From NCBI GenBank assembly GCA_965112735.1, contig OZ218962.1, forward strand, positions 1,178,001-1,242,000: a stretch of DNA of 64,000 nt, in the 5' to 3' direction. This DNA comes from Phaeosaccion multiseriatum (lineage: Eukaryota > Protista > Ochrophyta, other classes). The position numbers and the translations under genes are program-made. Position 1 is the first letter of the stretch, and each line of letters opens with the position of its first letter. The notes beneath the pieces were generated by a model that worked only from the letters and a program-made list of their open reading frames with translations, did no database searches and was not told where the DNA came from. Shown piece by piece: positions 13,433-26,029 of this stretch.

Positions 13433-16400
13433 ATGGAGCAGCTCAGTGAGCGAGGTTGTGCAGACCTTATAGGCAAGCTACAGCGGCTTGGCCTCACAGA
13501 CGTGGTCTTCACTCTTGACGGCAAGTTAGACCTCGGTCTCTCGGGTTTGCGTGAATGCTTTCCCTACCCTCAGCAACACAAAGGCCGTCATACTGCGCTC
13601 TTCCCTCTCGTGATCGATCAGAGGATCCCTCTCCCCTCCCTCTCTCTCTCTCTCTCTCTCTCACTCTCTCACTCTCACTCTCACTATCTTTGTCACTCTC
13701 TCACTTTTTTTTTTTGTGTCTCTCTCCCTCTCTCTTTCTTTCTTTCGTTCGTTCTTTTCGCTTATTACTCTCTCTGCTCCCTCCTCTCCGTCACTCTTCC
13801 CTCTCCTCATCTCCACTTAACCCTTTCCCACGCCCCTCCTCTGAACAATCGAACAGGGAAGGCTGTTATAACGCCAAAGGCGCTCGAGGTTGAACTGGAA
13901 GCAGAGGTCCATCGCTGTGGAGGGAGGGTCGAACTGATCGATGCGCAGACAGTCATCGATGTCCCGCTGCTCCACCTGGAAGCGGCAGCCAAGAGCTTGG
14001 TGGAGAAGCAGCAACAGGAGGAGGAGCCACGAGCAGAAGCAGCAGCTGCCAGACCTGTGCTTACGATGGTGGGCCCGTCTCGGGGGCTCGTCTCATCGAC
14101 ATACTGGGACAAGATCGCCTCTGAGGCTGTCGAAGCGCTACAGCTTACCCCAAAGCTGCAAGTGTCGTGCATGGCATCGCGTTTGAATCTCCCCTCCGCA
14201 CTACTCGCACACGCCCTCTCCGCGAGACTGCCCCCCTCCATCAAACAGCAGCAGGGCAAGCAGCAAAGCCACCATGGGGGTAGTGGTGGTGGCGGCGGCG
14301 GCGGCGGCGCGAGTGAGCTCTGGCTCATTACCGAGAGCTACGAGAGAGAAGTGGCAGTAGCCATTCGAGGAGCCCTCTCGGGCGTAACTCGCCCCGTCAA
14401 CATCCCCAACTTTTTGGCAACGCATTGCGCCGACGGGGGTGGGGGCGGCTTTATTCTAAGCGATTCGGAGTGCGTGCGAATGGTGCGAGAGCTGTGCGAA
14501 GGAGAGGCTGGTGCCATCAAAGGCGTCGTGCGTGGAAGGGAGTTTGTTCCCTCCGTCTTTTTGCTGGTGCAACGGGACAGCGTGGATACGTTCTTTCAAC
14601 AGAATGGCTATTTGGAGACGTCTCGGGCTCACTCTCTCCTGGTGCGTTGGCAGCGGGCGGGGGGGGGATGGGGCGAGTGTGGGCAATCGTCGTAAGGTTG
14701 AAGGAGAGAGAATGGTGCCGTGTCACGTCATGTGAAGACATCAAGGCCGAGCAAGGCTGCGGTAACGAGACCTGATTCTCCACCCATCCCCACCCACGCA
14801 CGACTCCCCCACACCTCATTCTCCATCATCATTTTTCCTCTCTTCTCTTTCTTGCGTCTTGCCTCACAACTTCCAACTCGCATCATGTAACGTTTATGTA
14901 ACGTTTATGTAACGTTAGGTGACCAAGCCAGAGGCTTTCCTCCGGGAGTCATTCCCCGACGCCATCGCCCTAGACGGTGTGATGGTGGCCGCTGCTCTGC
15001 TCGCTACGGTGAAGGAGAATGTGGAGGTGGCCATTGCCAGCGGCGGATGGGTGGACGTGACCCCTCTCGTCCCTGAGAACCTCTCCTTCGAGAACCGCGC
15101 TGAGCTCTTGCGTATGGCATGTCGGCCAAGCAAGGGAGGGGGGGGTAGGAGTGGCCGGAGGAGCGGTGGTGGCAAAGGGAGAGGAGTAGGTGCAGGAGGA
15201 GGAGGAGGAGGAGGAGGAGGAGGAGGGGGAGGGAAGGGCGACTCTTTGATCCAAGTGGGTGGCGTGTTCGCGGTGAGCGATGCGCTGTTGAAGGAGATGC
15301 TGGAATGCCTCAAAGCAGCCGCCCGGCAGAAGGCCCTGGTGGTCATGGCGGCCGCTCAAGGGGCAAGAGGGCAGACCGCGATGAGAAAACAGCAGCAGCA
15401 GCAGCAGCAGCAGTCAGGTAGTGGTCGCAGCAGTAGCAAGACCACGCGGAAGGGGGCGAAGAGCAGCGGAGGAGGAGGAGGCAAGAGTGGCAAGGGAAAG
15501 AAGAGACGTGGTGGTGGGCACAGCGCGGCGGATGAGCAATACGAGCACGACGACGAAGAGGGCGGTTACAGTTCCGACGGCGACGGAGACGTAGTCGTTG
15601 TTGCGGAGTTTACTGAGGAGGAGATGGAAGACGCAATTTCTTCGTCCTTGGCGGCCGCGGCTCTTCCTGCTGAGCTCATCGCCGCTGTGTTGTGTGATGA
15701 CGACGAGGATGATGATGATAGAGCCTGTCCACTGCGGCTTGTGCCCCTCTGCCAAGCCGCCTTCTCGGAGGCTCTTGCTGAGGGCAGGGGAAGCGCAAGG
15801 AGGCGGGAGTTCAACGCAAGGAAGGCGTTCGAGGATTGCGTTGACGCTCGATGGAGGGGCTTTCAACTCCTTGCCAGCGGGCTTGGTGCTGGCGACGATG
15901 AGCAGAGTTGTAATGCGGAGCACCACTTGGTCAGAGACCGGCGCCTCAGCTCCCACTTGCTGCGCACAAAGGGGGCGCAGCTCGCCAGCCTCTTCACGAG
16001 CCACCTGCTGCCTCCTCCCTCCATTCCTGAGACTGTCAAAGGGGTGGCGGAGCAGGGGGCTCATACTGGTGGCACTTCCGCAACTGCGGCAGTGGTGAGC
16101 TTCGCTGCCGAGGTGAGTGTGGCTCTCGAGTCGAGCGAGGAGACCCCCGTGCTCAGCGACTCGGTCCGTGCCCGCCTCTTGAGCGATGCACAAGTCCCGA
16201 AGGAGGTTGGTGTGGCGTTGGTCACGCTGTGGGGCCTGGCGACGACGACTGAAGAACAAGACGGAGAAGAAGGAGGAGGAAGCGGCGGCGGGGTGGGCGG
16301 AGAGAGGGTGCTCGCTTTCCAGCGGCACATGAAGGAGAGAGTGCTGCCCATCTGCGACCTCGTGGCACGGGGCGTGGACAAGAAGCAGGCCAAGGCTCTG

Positions 16401-16745
16401 CTGTTCGCCCGCTCCAAGGCCATGTCCGCGCTCCTGTCCATCGCTGGCGGCGCGGACGAGACGTTTCGCACAGGCCTAGCGCTGCTCTTTCAGCGCGTCA
16501 CGGGGCGGGCCTTGCTTCTTCCCCCGGGTGGGGAGAGGGCATGCTTTCTCGGTGATGGCGACACGGAAGAAGGAGTTGGTGGTGGCGAGGGAGGAGAGCT
16601 TGGGCTTCGATACTTTCTGCCCACGGACCATCCGGCAGTGGAGGCGCTGGTCAGCCTGGCGCGGGCCGATGGCGGCTCGGCGGAGGCGGAGCAGTGGGGG
16701 GATGCTGTGAGGGAGCGCGTCCTCGCCTACAGAAAGAAGGGCTGA
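13433..16745 (+). CDS. UFL1: E3 UFM1-protein ligase 1 (exons 13433-13520, 13857-14641, 14919-16745)
   Basis: QLSERGCADLIGKLQRLGLTDVVFTLDGKAVITPKALEVELEAEVHRCGGRVELIDAQTVIDV matches the UFL1 N-terminus (LSERNC..LEVVHTLDGKEYITP..GGRV). Later AIRGALSGVTRPV, FVPSVF..QRDSVDTFFQQNGYL and the basic KSGKGKKRR loop also fit. Confidence 0.9.
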
Positions 16746-16871
16746 GAAAAGGGTAGTAAAAAGAGGAATTAATAAGGAAGAAAGGAAATGAAAAGATAAA
16801 GATAAAGTTGATTGGCGACGGCTGAACAGATACCCAACGTGCCAACGGCCTTCTCACGATCATCCCGTCAA

Positions 16872-17459
16872 ATGTCAAACGGAGCAGCGCCAGCAGCGGC
16901 AGCTTGTGGCAAAGGAGATAAGAACAAATGCTCCGGCGTCATCCTGTCCAGTGAAGAGCTGGGCGAGGTGGGAGGGAAGAACACAACACAACACCTCCAC
17001 TCTCTCGTCTTTTGTCTTATTACACCCTCCCTCCTCCCCTTCTTGCTTATCAGGCCCTACGAGAGCTCCCTCTGTGGAGGCCTGCTCCAGAGCCAGAGCA
17101 TGGAATCGAAAGGGTCTTCACCGCCAAGAACTTTAAGGTTTCAATGGCGTTCATCAATAGCATTGCAACAATCGCTGAGGTGAGCGCGTCTTCTCCCAGA
17201 GTCGGAGAGATGGAGTTCTCATATCGATGCTTTGAATGAACTCACACGTGACTCGGCTAATCAGGAGCAACAACATCATCCGGATATCCACCTCACGAGC
17301 TACCGCTGCATCCGGCTCGTCCTCTTCACCCACAGCGTGGGCGGTGTGACGGAGAGTGATGTCCTTCTGGCCAAGAAGTTCGACAGCTGCCCTGTCGTGT
17401 ACAGCCCCAAGTGGCTGCGAGAGAACCCCAAGGTAGAGCAAGTGCTCAGGAAGTCTTGA
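16872..17459 (+). CDS. PCBD: Pterin-4-alpha-carbinolamine dehydratase (3 exons)
   Basis: Spliced LSSEELGE|ALRELPLW..IERVFTAKNFKVSMAFINSIATIAE|EQQHHPDIHLTSYRCIRLVLFTHSVGGVTESDVLLAKKFD contains the HHPD and TH..GG.T..D motifs. Confidence 0.92.
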
Positions 17460-18928
17460 AGATGGGACCGGCGGTACATATGTGTCCATCCATCCCTGGG
17501 GGGATGGAGTCAGGTGCTGGAGGGGATGAGGGCAGATAGACCCCTCGCATCCCTTTTCATTCCTCGTACAATATCATGGTCCCTATCTGCCTACCGAGTG
17601 CTCTGCAGTGTGACTTCAGGGGCGGGGATAGAGGGGGGCAGGAGTTCACAGCCATCGCACTGCCTCCACCCGCAGAGGATCCCGAAGCCTCAAAGCCGCA
17701 CCACGCGCACCGAAACCCAAGGGCGAGGCATCTACTCTGGTGAAGAATTGAAGAGCTCACACACAATGTTTACTAGCTCAATCCTTATAACTCCCTCCCA
17801 TGTCAATGTTCTATTGCGGACACTTCCTTCACGAATTACATTGACAAAAAGGAAGCTTTCTGGGTCTTTGGGTGAGGGCAGCGCCCCTCCCTGCCAAATC
17901 AATGCCCCACTTCATCTTGGCCTCACATATCCTGGCAGAGACTGACTCTACAGTGCAGTGCTCACCCCTTGGGGGCTTGACCCTCCCATCCCATATCCAG
18001 AGGACGGGACAGCGTCCGCCACCATACATGGTCCTCGCCAAAGACCTGATAGAGACTCAAGTTCTTGAACATGCAAAACACAATCGCCCCCACAGCTTCA
18101 AAGCTTCCATCCGCGAGGATATAGAGGCATAACAGCTCCGCTGCAGAGCCCGTGTGATTCCTCTGACGCACACTCTCCAGGTGAAACTTGAAGGGTAAAT
18201 GCGATAACACGCTGGCCTCTTGACGCTTGCCTCTCCTAAAGTGGAGGCCCTTTGACGAGGCCCATCGTCCTGCTCTCTTATTTGTCCAGGACTCACTCAT
18301 CCTGCTGTCTTGTCTGTCAGCACTCATCCACTGGCTGGTCTTGTCACCACTCATTCCTCCGCTCTCTTGTCTGTCACCACTCCCAAGCGCCACAGTCACT
18401 TCCTTAGCTTGGCCACAGACCCCTTCCACTGGGATGGGCCTATTGCATATATTCGCAAGAGTGGCCTGGACGTAAGCAGTAGAGAAAAGACCCCACCTCT
18501 TCTGTCCTCTTGCTCACTTCCCTCCTCCTCCTCCTGCTCCTGCTGCTGCTGCTGCTGCTGCTGCTACTACTACTACTGCTACTGCAGCTGCAAAGTCCCC
18601 AAGATACACCTCAGCCGCTCAACACGCTCCAGGGGGGGCGAAGACGGCTGCACAGGACAGGTGCAGCAGTTCATGTGAGACCGCTCAATCAGTTTGCCCG
18701 CGCGAAGCCTACCCCCTCCTTCATTTGTTCTGCTTCTGCTGCTGCCGGTGCTGCTGCAGACTCGATGTTTGAAGTCCCAAGACGTGAGCTGTGTCCGAGA
18801 GCAGGCCGTGGAAACACAGGCTCCTTTGCGCACAGAAGCACAGCACCTTCCCCTCTCCCTCGCTCCACGTCACACACTCCTCGTCGGCTCCTGATGATAG
18901 GTGGGTGGTCCTGCGGCTCCCGCGGCTC

Positions 18929-19515
18929 CTAGAGGCGTCGGTCTTCCCGCGTGTCCTCCGGACTCCCCATCTCCTTGAAGCCCTGGTGTCGCATGGCATC
19001 TCTCAGCATGCGCTTCTTCTGCCGCTGCTCCGCGCTGCACGTGGTGAAGTACACCGCGGAGCAGAACATGCACGTGAGGAAGCCCCAATCGAAAGCCCGT
19101 CTACCGGGTTTGCCCATCCGCCAGCGGTGGACGCCCATCATGGTGCCTGGGGGGGAGATAATGCGTTGGCGTCATCGTATCGGATGTCAGGGAGAAAGAA
19201 AGCGGCGCTTCAGCTGCTAGTGAAGAAGCAAAGACACAGGATAAAGAGAGTAGCAGCAGCAGCAGGAGGAGGAGGAGGACGATAAAAGAGACAGGGGGAC
19301 ACAAGGGTGGCATGCTGCTGCATTTGGAGAGAAGGGTAGGAGAAGGGATTGGGGTATAGGCCATGTACGAGGGGGACGAGAAGCTGACCTGAAGTCATGC
19401 CGGCGAGCAACGACGTCCTCAAGCACGGCACGCCTTGGATGGCCTTCTTGACGTCATTGAGAGCCTCAAAGTCCAGAAAAGAGCTCTCCTTCTCACTATC
19501 CCCCGGTGAAGTCAT
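18929..19515 (-). CDS. COX20: Cytochrome c oxidase assembly factor COX20-like (exons 19515-19389 and 19146-18929)
   Basis: VPCLRTSLLAGMTSG|TMMGVHRWR..AFDWGFLTCMFCSAVYFTTC resembles COX20 (PC.R.S.L.G, two TM segments, second conserved Cys, basic tail). Confidence 0.72.
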
Positions 19516-19752
19516 CGCGACGGAGTGTCAGGGATAAGAGAGGGAAAGGGAGAGAAAGAAGAGAGAGGGAGAGGGGTGGCAGTGGTCCCAGTTTCAGTTC
19601 AAGTTTATGATTTATTGACTTTTTCATTATCACAGCATATTGCACCCACAGATATGCCCGCTCATCGAGCACCTCCTCCTCTACCGCCTGTGGTGGTGGT
19701 GCTGCTGCTGGTAGTGCCGTGGTGGTGCCAGTGGCGGTGCCGTGTGGTATCG

Positions 19753-20650
19753 ATGAAAGCGAAGTCGTACCTACCCGGCGCGTCCTTCCGTCCTTCCAAC
19801 TCATCAAACCCAACGCTCCCCCCTGTCGTAGAGGCACAAAGCCCTGTCGTGGAGCCGTATCGCAGGACAAGGCCTGCCGCACAGTGGTCGAGCGGTCAAG
19901 CGCCTCTCCCACACCCGCCCTCGCTCCTGCCTACACTAGCTCGGACTGTGCCGCCTACTCAAGTAAGTGACGGACAAAGCCCCGCACTCGGAGTGAGTGA
20001 GAGGGCCACTTCCCTCCCTGTTGGTAGGGGAGCGCGGTCGCAAGCGGAGGCCCCAGCGGGGGGGGGGAGGACGTCAAGACTGGAATGGCGGTGACTGAAT
20101 CACCAACATGGGGGGGAGCACATCACATGCCTCTTCCTCCCCCCCCTTTCTCTTCTCTCTCCCTCTCTCTCTCTCTTCTCATGCTTCTCAGACAAGTCAA
20201 GAGAGGGCAGTTGCAACCCCCGCCCACGGAATGAATGCTCTCGAAAGGCCACCCGTCTCGCTGCGAAACCACCACACAAACACACACACCACCACCACCA
20301 CGCGGGTGTCACCCCGCCTGATGCCGCATGCCCTCTGTCTGCTGAGAGCAGGGCCATACCCTCATCAACAAAGGGCTCGTCCAAGTATGCGTACGCCTTT
20401 GCTTCCCCACTCCGTTGTTGGCGAGGGCCAATGGTGGCCTCTCACACCCGCTTCCACCCCTGGGGGCGCTCCTTCCACCCCTGGGGCCGCTCTGGTCTCC
20501 TCGCTCAGCGAGGGCTGGGCTCAGACGGGCGGGTCATGGTGCGGTAGCCTAATCAGTGACTTATCAGGGACTGACCTTAGGGGCCGAACTGGCCGCTGGA
20601 ATGAGCCGAGCGAGGCCGCGTTTTGTCCAGCGAGCCGGGTGTCGCTCTAA
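19753..20650 (+). CDS. Possible two-exon hypothetical P/S/T-rich protein
   Basis: CAA|GTAAGT donor near 19963 and a (CT)n..CAG acceptor at about 20190 join two ORFs in phase 0. Divergent from COX20. No recognisable domain and the start codon is uncertain. Confidence 0.3.
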
Positions 20651-20693
20651 AGGAAGGACTTTTCCTTCCTCCTCCTTCTCCTCCACCTCCTCC

Positions 20694-20728
<35 letters not shown>

Positions 20729-20847
20729 CCCCCCAAACCTTCTCTTCGCATGCAGCTGCACTTCGCTCAGAGCCCTGCCTTTCTGTGACTAGGGGCCTTT
20801 GCTAAAGTAAAACAAAAAAGCGCTGCTGCCTCGGCCTTTCTCCCCTT

Positions 20848-23800
20848 CTACCCCACTGCAGCTCCTTCTCGGGCTGCTGTTGTAGCACCAACTGCTTCAC
20901 CACCAACAGCTTCCATCCCTCCCGCCTCTCCCGCCGCTACTTCCGCTGCTGCCTTGACTGCCGATGCTTCTGCTTCCCTCTTTCTCTCTCGCGCCCTCTC
21001 ATCGCGCCTCTGTTGGTCGAGTGCCTCTACAGGATAGTCCTTAGGGTGGAGGTCTTCGAAGACACCCGTCAAGACTTCGATACTTGCCGCCTGTGTCACA
21101 ATCACATGCAGAGCGAGAGGGGAGGGGAGGGGAGGGGATGAGAGGGGAGGGGAGAGGAAAGGAGGGAAGGGGAGGTGAGTGGAGGGGAGTGGAGGGAAGG
21201 GGAGGGGAAAGGAGGGGACGGGAGGTGATGGAAGGTGATGTGATAGGAGGGAGGAGAGGGAGGAGAGGGAGGAGGAGGAGGAGGAGGAGGAGGAGGAGGA
21301 GGGGAGGAGGAGGAGGAGGAGGAGGAGGAGGAGGAGGAGGAGGAGGAGGAGGAGGAGGAGGAGGAGGAGGAGGAGGAGGAGGAGGAGGAGGAGGAGGAGG
21401 AGGAGGAGGAGGAGGAGGAGGAGGAGGAGGAGGAGGAGGAGGAGGAGGAGGAGGAGGAGGAGGAGGAGGAGGAGGAGGAGGAGGAGGAGGAGGAGGAGGA
21501 GGAGAGGGAGCACAGGTGAAGAGAGGCGTGACAGAGAAGACCAAGGACAATAAGTAGAAGTAGCAGAGGGGCAGGCAGCCTTCTCTGAGAGCCCCTCAGT
21601 GTGGCCCACCACACCCCCCCAACCGTACCCACCACACACCCCCGAACCTTACCCACCGAGCCCCCCCCCCCCTCCCACTGCACGACACTGCCACGCACCT
21701 GAGTCAGTTCCTTCTCGCGTTGCTCCCCGACGCAAAAGTCCCGGAAGCCTCCATCGTCAGCACGGCCCCCTCTCTCCTCAAGGCGAGCGTGACTCTTTCT
21801 CAGCCTCTCCTCAGCGGAGTTCGCATAGCGAGACAGACGGGGCGCTGCAGCAGCAGCAGCAGGTTTCTCTCCGGCTGTTGCTGGTCTACCCACCTCCTCG
21901 GCCCTCCTCCTTCTCCTCCTCCTCCTCCTCTTCATCCCCGCCCTCGGCTGCTGCGTCGAAATCTCTTTCTCCATCAGCCCTCCCTGCTCGCCCTTCCCCT
22001 CCCCACCCTCTCCTCCAACTACCCAAGGGCCGTTGTTAAATTCTTTGCTGCTGCTGCTGCTGCTGCTGCTGTTGCTGTTGCTGTTGCTGCCGCTGCTGCT
22101 GCTGTTGCTGCTGCTGCTGTACCTCTCCCCTCCTCGCGCCACCTTGCCCCCCGCCTCACTCATTCCACCTTCATAGAGGACGCCATGCAAAGGTCTCCTG
22201 CGTGGCATCTCTCTATCTGCAACCGTCTTGATATCACGCCTCTTCATGCTTCCCACTGCATCTCCTTCTCCCTCCTGCGGTAAAGCCTGCAACCCATCCG
22301 AAGCGATATTTCTCCGAGCCCTTTGCTCGCCCCCCTCCTCGCCTTTCCCCTCCCCCTGTTGCTGTTGACTATCCAGCAAGCCCTCCACTGCCATCCACTC
22401 TGCCTGCTGCAGCTCCATCTCCTCTACCCCCTCGCCGGATTCCAATTGCACGCCCCCCTCTTTTCTATCCCCGTTCGGCACCTGAGCCCCCTCCTCCACC
22501 CCCCCCTCCACTCCCTTCTCCTCGTCGTCATTGTCGTCCTCGTCGTCCTCGTCGTCGTCGTCGTCCTCCTCCTCCTCCTCCTCCTCCTCCTCCTCCTCCT
22601 CCTCCTCCTCCTCCTGCTGCTGCTGCTGCTGCTGCTGTAGCTCCTCTCGCGCTGCACTGTTCTTCTCTTCTATTGGCCCCTTCCCACCCATGTTCTCCTT
22701 CTTGCTACCTCTGCCCCGCTCCGCCTCGTCTTCTAAGGCTGTGAGAAAGAGGTCCAAGAGGTCCCAGCCCACCCGCCCACCGGTCGAGAGCATCACACAG
22801 ACACCGCAGCAGTGCAGTAGTAGTGGCAGCAAGGGGAGGGGAGAAGCAAGAAGAGTGGAAAATGAAAAGAGTGTATGTGAGTGAGTGCGTGAGTGCGTGA
22901 GTGAGTGAGTGAGTGAGTGAGTGAGTGAGTGAGTTAACAGGGCCTCACCTTCCCTCGTTCACCCTCACTGACTCACCTAGACGAATGGCAAGTTGTTGCC
23001 GTATTCCCTTCCCCTTGTCTCCGAAAGCAAACTTTCGAGCAAAAAGGGCCCCTGAGTCCAAGGCCGCATCGAGGAGCTCGTGTGTGACGATGGGGGTAGG
23101 GGAAGACTTGCCCTGTTGGGAGAGGGGGGGGGGGGGAGTATAGTCAATGGATCAAGGGGGGGAAGGAGGGAGGGAGAGAGGGGGGAAGGGAGGGAGGGAG
23201 GGAGGGAGGGAGGGAGGGAGGGAGGGAGGGAGGGAGGGAGGGAGGGAGGGAGGGAGGGAGGGAGGGAGGGAGGGAGGGAGAGGGGGGGGGAGGGAGGGAG
23301 AGAGGGAAGGAGGGAGGGAGGGAGGGAGGGAGGGAGGGAGGGAGGGAGGGAGGGAGAGAGGGAGGGAGAGAGGGAGAGAGGGAGGGAAGGAGGGAGGGCG
23401 GGAAGGAGGGAGGGCGGGAGGGAGGGAGAGAGGGAGTGAGTGAGGGAGGGAGCGAGAGAGAGAGGGAGGGAGGGAGGGAGGGAGGGAGGGAGGGAGGGAA
23501 GGAGGGAGGGCGGGAGGGAGGGAGAGAGGGAGTGAGTGAGGGAGGGAGCGAGAGAGAGAGGGAGGGAGGGAGGGAGGGAGGGAGGGAGGGAGGGAGGGAG
23601 CGAGAGAGAGAGGGAGGGAGGGAGGGAGGGAGGGAGGGAGGGAGGGAGGGAGGGAGGGGGGGGGGGAGCGCAATAGGAGAGAGAAAAAGAGCGGGAGCCT
23701 ATATTCCCTTGGGTGGTCAAAACAAAAGAAGGGGGTGTGGGGTGGGGCGAGGTGGGCTGAAGACAGTTGCGCTCATTGTTTCTTGCAGACGTATGCCGCC

Positions 23801-25258
23801 GTGAAACACACACACACGCACGCACACTCACATACACACACGCCCACACACGCACACATGCACACACTTACGGGTTGCCAATCTGCAAAGCGCATGTTGT
23901 CTTTGCACACTTTGATGTGTTTGGGGAGGTGAGGGGAGCACGCCACCGTCTGAAAGTACTCCTCGTCGGAAACCTGTGGCCAGCGACCCAGGGGGGTAGG
24001 GGGTGGCGACACGAGGGGTATAGAGGCATGGGTAGATAGAGAGGCATATGGTTATGGAGCAGATAAGCTAAGCTGAGCTTAGCTAACATATGGTTATGGA
24101 GCAGGTAAGCTAAGCTGAGCTAAGCTGTGTGGTGGGGTCGAATGGCGTGTTGTGGGGGTGGGGTGGGGGGGTGGAGTGGGGTGGATAAGAAGAAAAGGGT
24201 AGGATCGTTGCTGACCTGGAAGCCACTGAAGTAGGCGAGGAGCATCCTTGCTTGGTTGTCCGGAGAGTAGTGCACATACTCTGCGAATCGTCTGTGCAGC
24301 ACCACCCACAACTCCCCCTTGTGTGGACACACAGAAGGAAGGAAGGAAGGAAGGAAGGAAGGAAGGCAGGCAGGCACCAGGACAAGACGCAGGAGGGGGT
24401 TTTACTATGTTAAGATGCACATCTATGCGGGACGTCTTTTACACCTATACCTCCATACCGAAATGTACACCTCTATTTCGATATCTACACCTCTATATCG
24501 ACCTCTGCATCTCACCTTGTACACATCGAAGAGCTCCGGCCCCGGTCTCAGGATGGGGTAGGGCCAGCCTATCGGAGCGGGCCAGTGCTGGTCCACACAC
24601 ACGTTGGTTGGGGGGAGATAAGGAGGAAGGTGCAGCGCAGCAGCGTACAGGGTGGGGGTCGTACACGTGTGTGTGTATGTATGTGTGTGTGTGTGATAAA
24701 GAGAGAGAGAGAGAGTGCGAGGCGCGGTAAGGAAGAAAGCATCGCGTCGACACACACGCACGCGCGCGCGCACGCACAAACACACACACATCCCTCCCCC
24801 CACCCGTTCCATTCTGCCCGGTACCCAACCCTTGCCATCTGTCTGCCCTCTGCTGCCATCTGTCTGCCCTCTGCTGCCATGTGTGGCCCTCTGGTCGCTG
24901 ACCTTGACGAGCTCGCTCTTGTCGCGAGGGTGTCTGAAGAGGTAGGGGTCGTCAACGTAGTATAGCCCTCGATCTTGCCGGACCCTGTGAAGTCATACCA
25001 TGCCATCAAGAGAGAGAGGGTGGGAGAGAGGGAGGGGAGAGGGAGAGAGAGAGAGAGAGCGGGAGGGAGGGAGAGGAAGAGGAAGAGGAAGAGAGGGGAG
25101 GAGGGGAGGGAGGGAGAGAGGGAGGAAGAGAGGGGGGAGGGGGGGAGAGAGATGAGGACATGGAAAATGAAAAGAAGGAACCCTCCCTCCCGATACACAC
25201 ACGCGCACACACACGCACACGTACACATACACACATACACACACATGCACCACACACA

Positions 25259-25300
<42 letters not shown>

Positions 25301-25978
25301 CCCATGCGACTTCCTGCTCTGCTGCTGCTGCTCCTTACCTTCCGTCGGGGTCCACAGTGGCGAGGTAGGGCCTTCCATTGATGAAGGACACGTTTTGGTG
25401 CACATGCTGACAAAGACGGACAGAGGAGGGGAGCAAACCAAGACAGCAACGAGAGGGGAAGAGGAAAGAGGGTAGAGGGTAGAGGGCAGAGGTCAGAGGT
25501 CAGGCGAGGGAGATCAAACAAGGGCAACGGCGGGTGTATGTGTGTGTATGTGTGTGCCTGCCTTACCCCTCCATACCTGCGTGAGAAAGGATTTGATGTG
25601 CTGCTGCGGCAAGAGCGGCATGTCGGCAACGCTGAGGTTGATCCAGTAGTCCCACTGCAGAGCGGAGGGCTAAAAGGGGGGAGGGGAGGGGAGGGGAGAC
25701 ACGAAAGACAAGAAAGCAATACAAGCGAGCACAAGTGGGTAAGGAAGCACGAAACAAGGGCAAGCAAGTATGCGAGCAAAGAAAAGTCCGACGCAGACGA
25801 ACATGAAAGGCAGATCAAGAAGGATTGAAAAGGGGAGAAGGAGACCAAAGTTTGAGTTTGAGTTGTATCGTGTATGGTGCCACACTTACCTCATCCGCGT
25901 CCAGCAACACGCTCGCACTCAGGGCGTACAGCATTGCCAGGAGAAGGGAGAAGGCTGACAAGAGAAGCAGCACGGGAT

Positions 25979-26029
<51 letters not shown>

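Noticed and set aside
17514-18132. Possible two-exon ORF (intron about 17872-17937) between PCD and COX20
   Set aside because: Splice phases fit, but there is no recognisable domain and no convincing start or codon bias.
20848-23867. Long poly-L, poly-P, poly-S and (PSLP)n ORFs in the track, and similar LPTY ORFs at 10365-10954 and 49144-49681
   Set aside because: Stop-free translations of intronic microsatellites or antisense frames.
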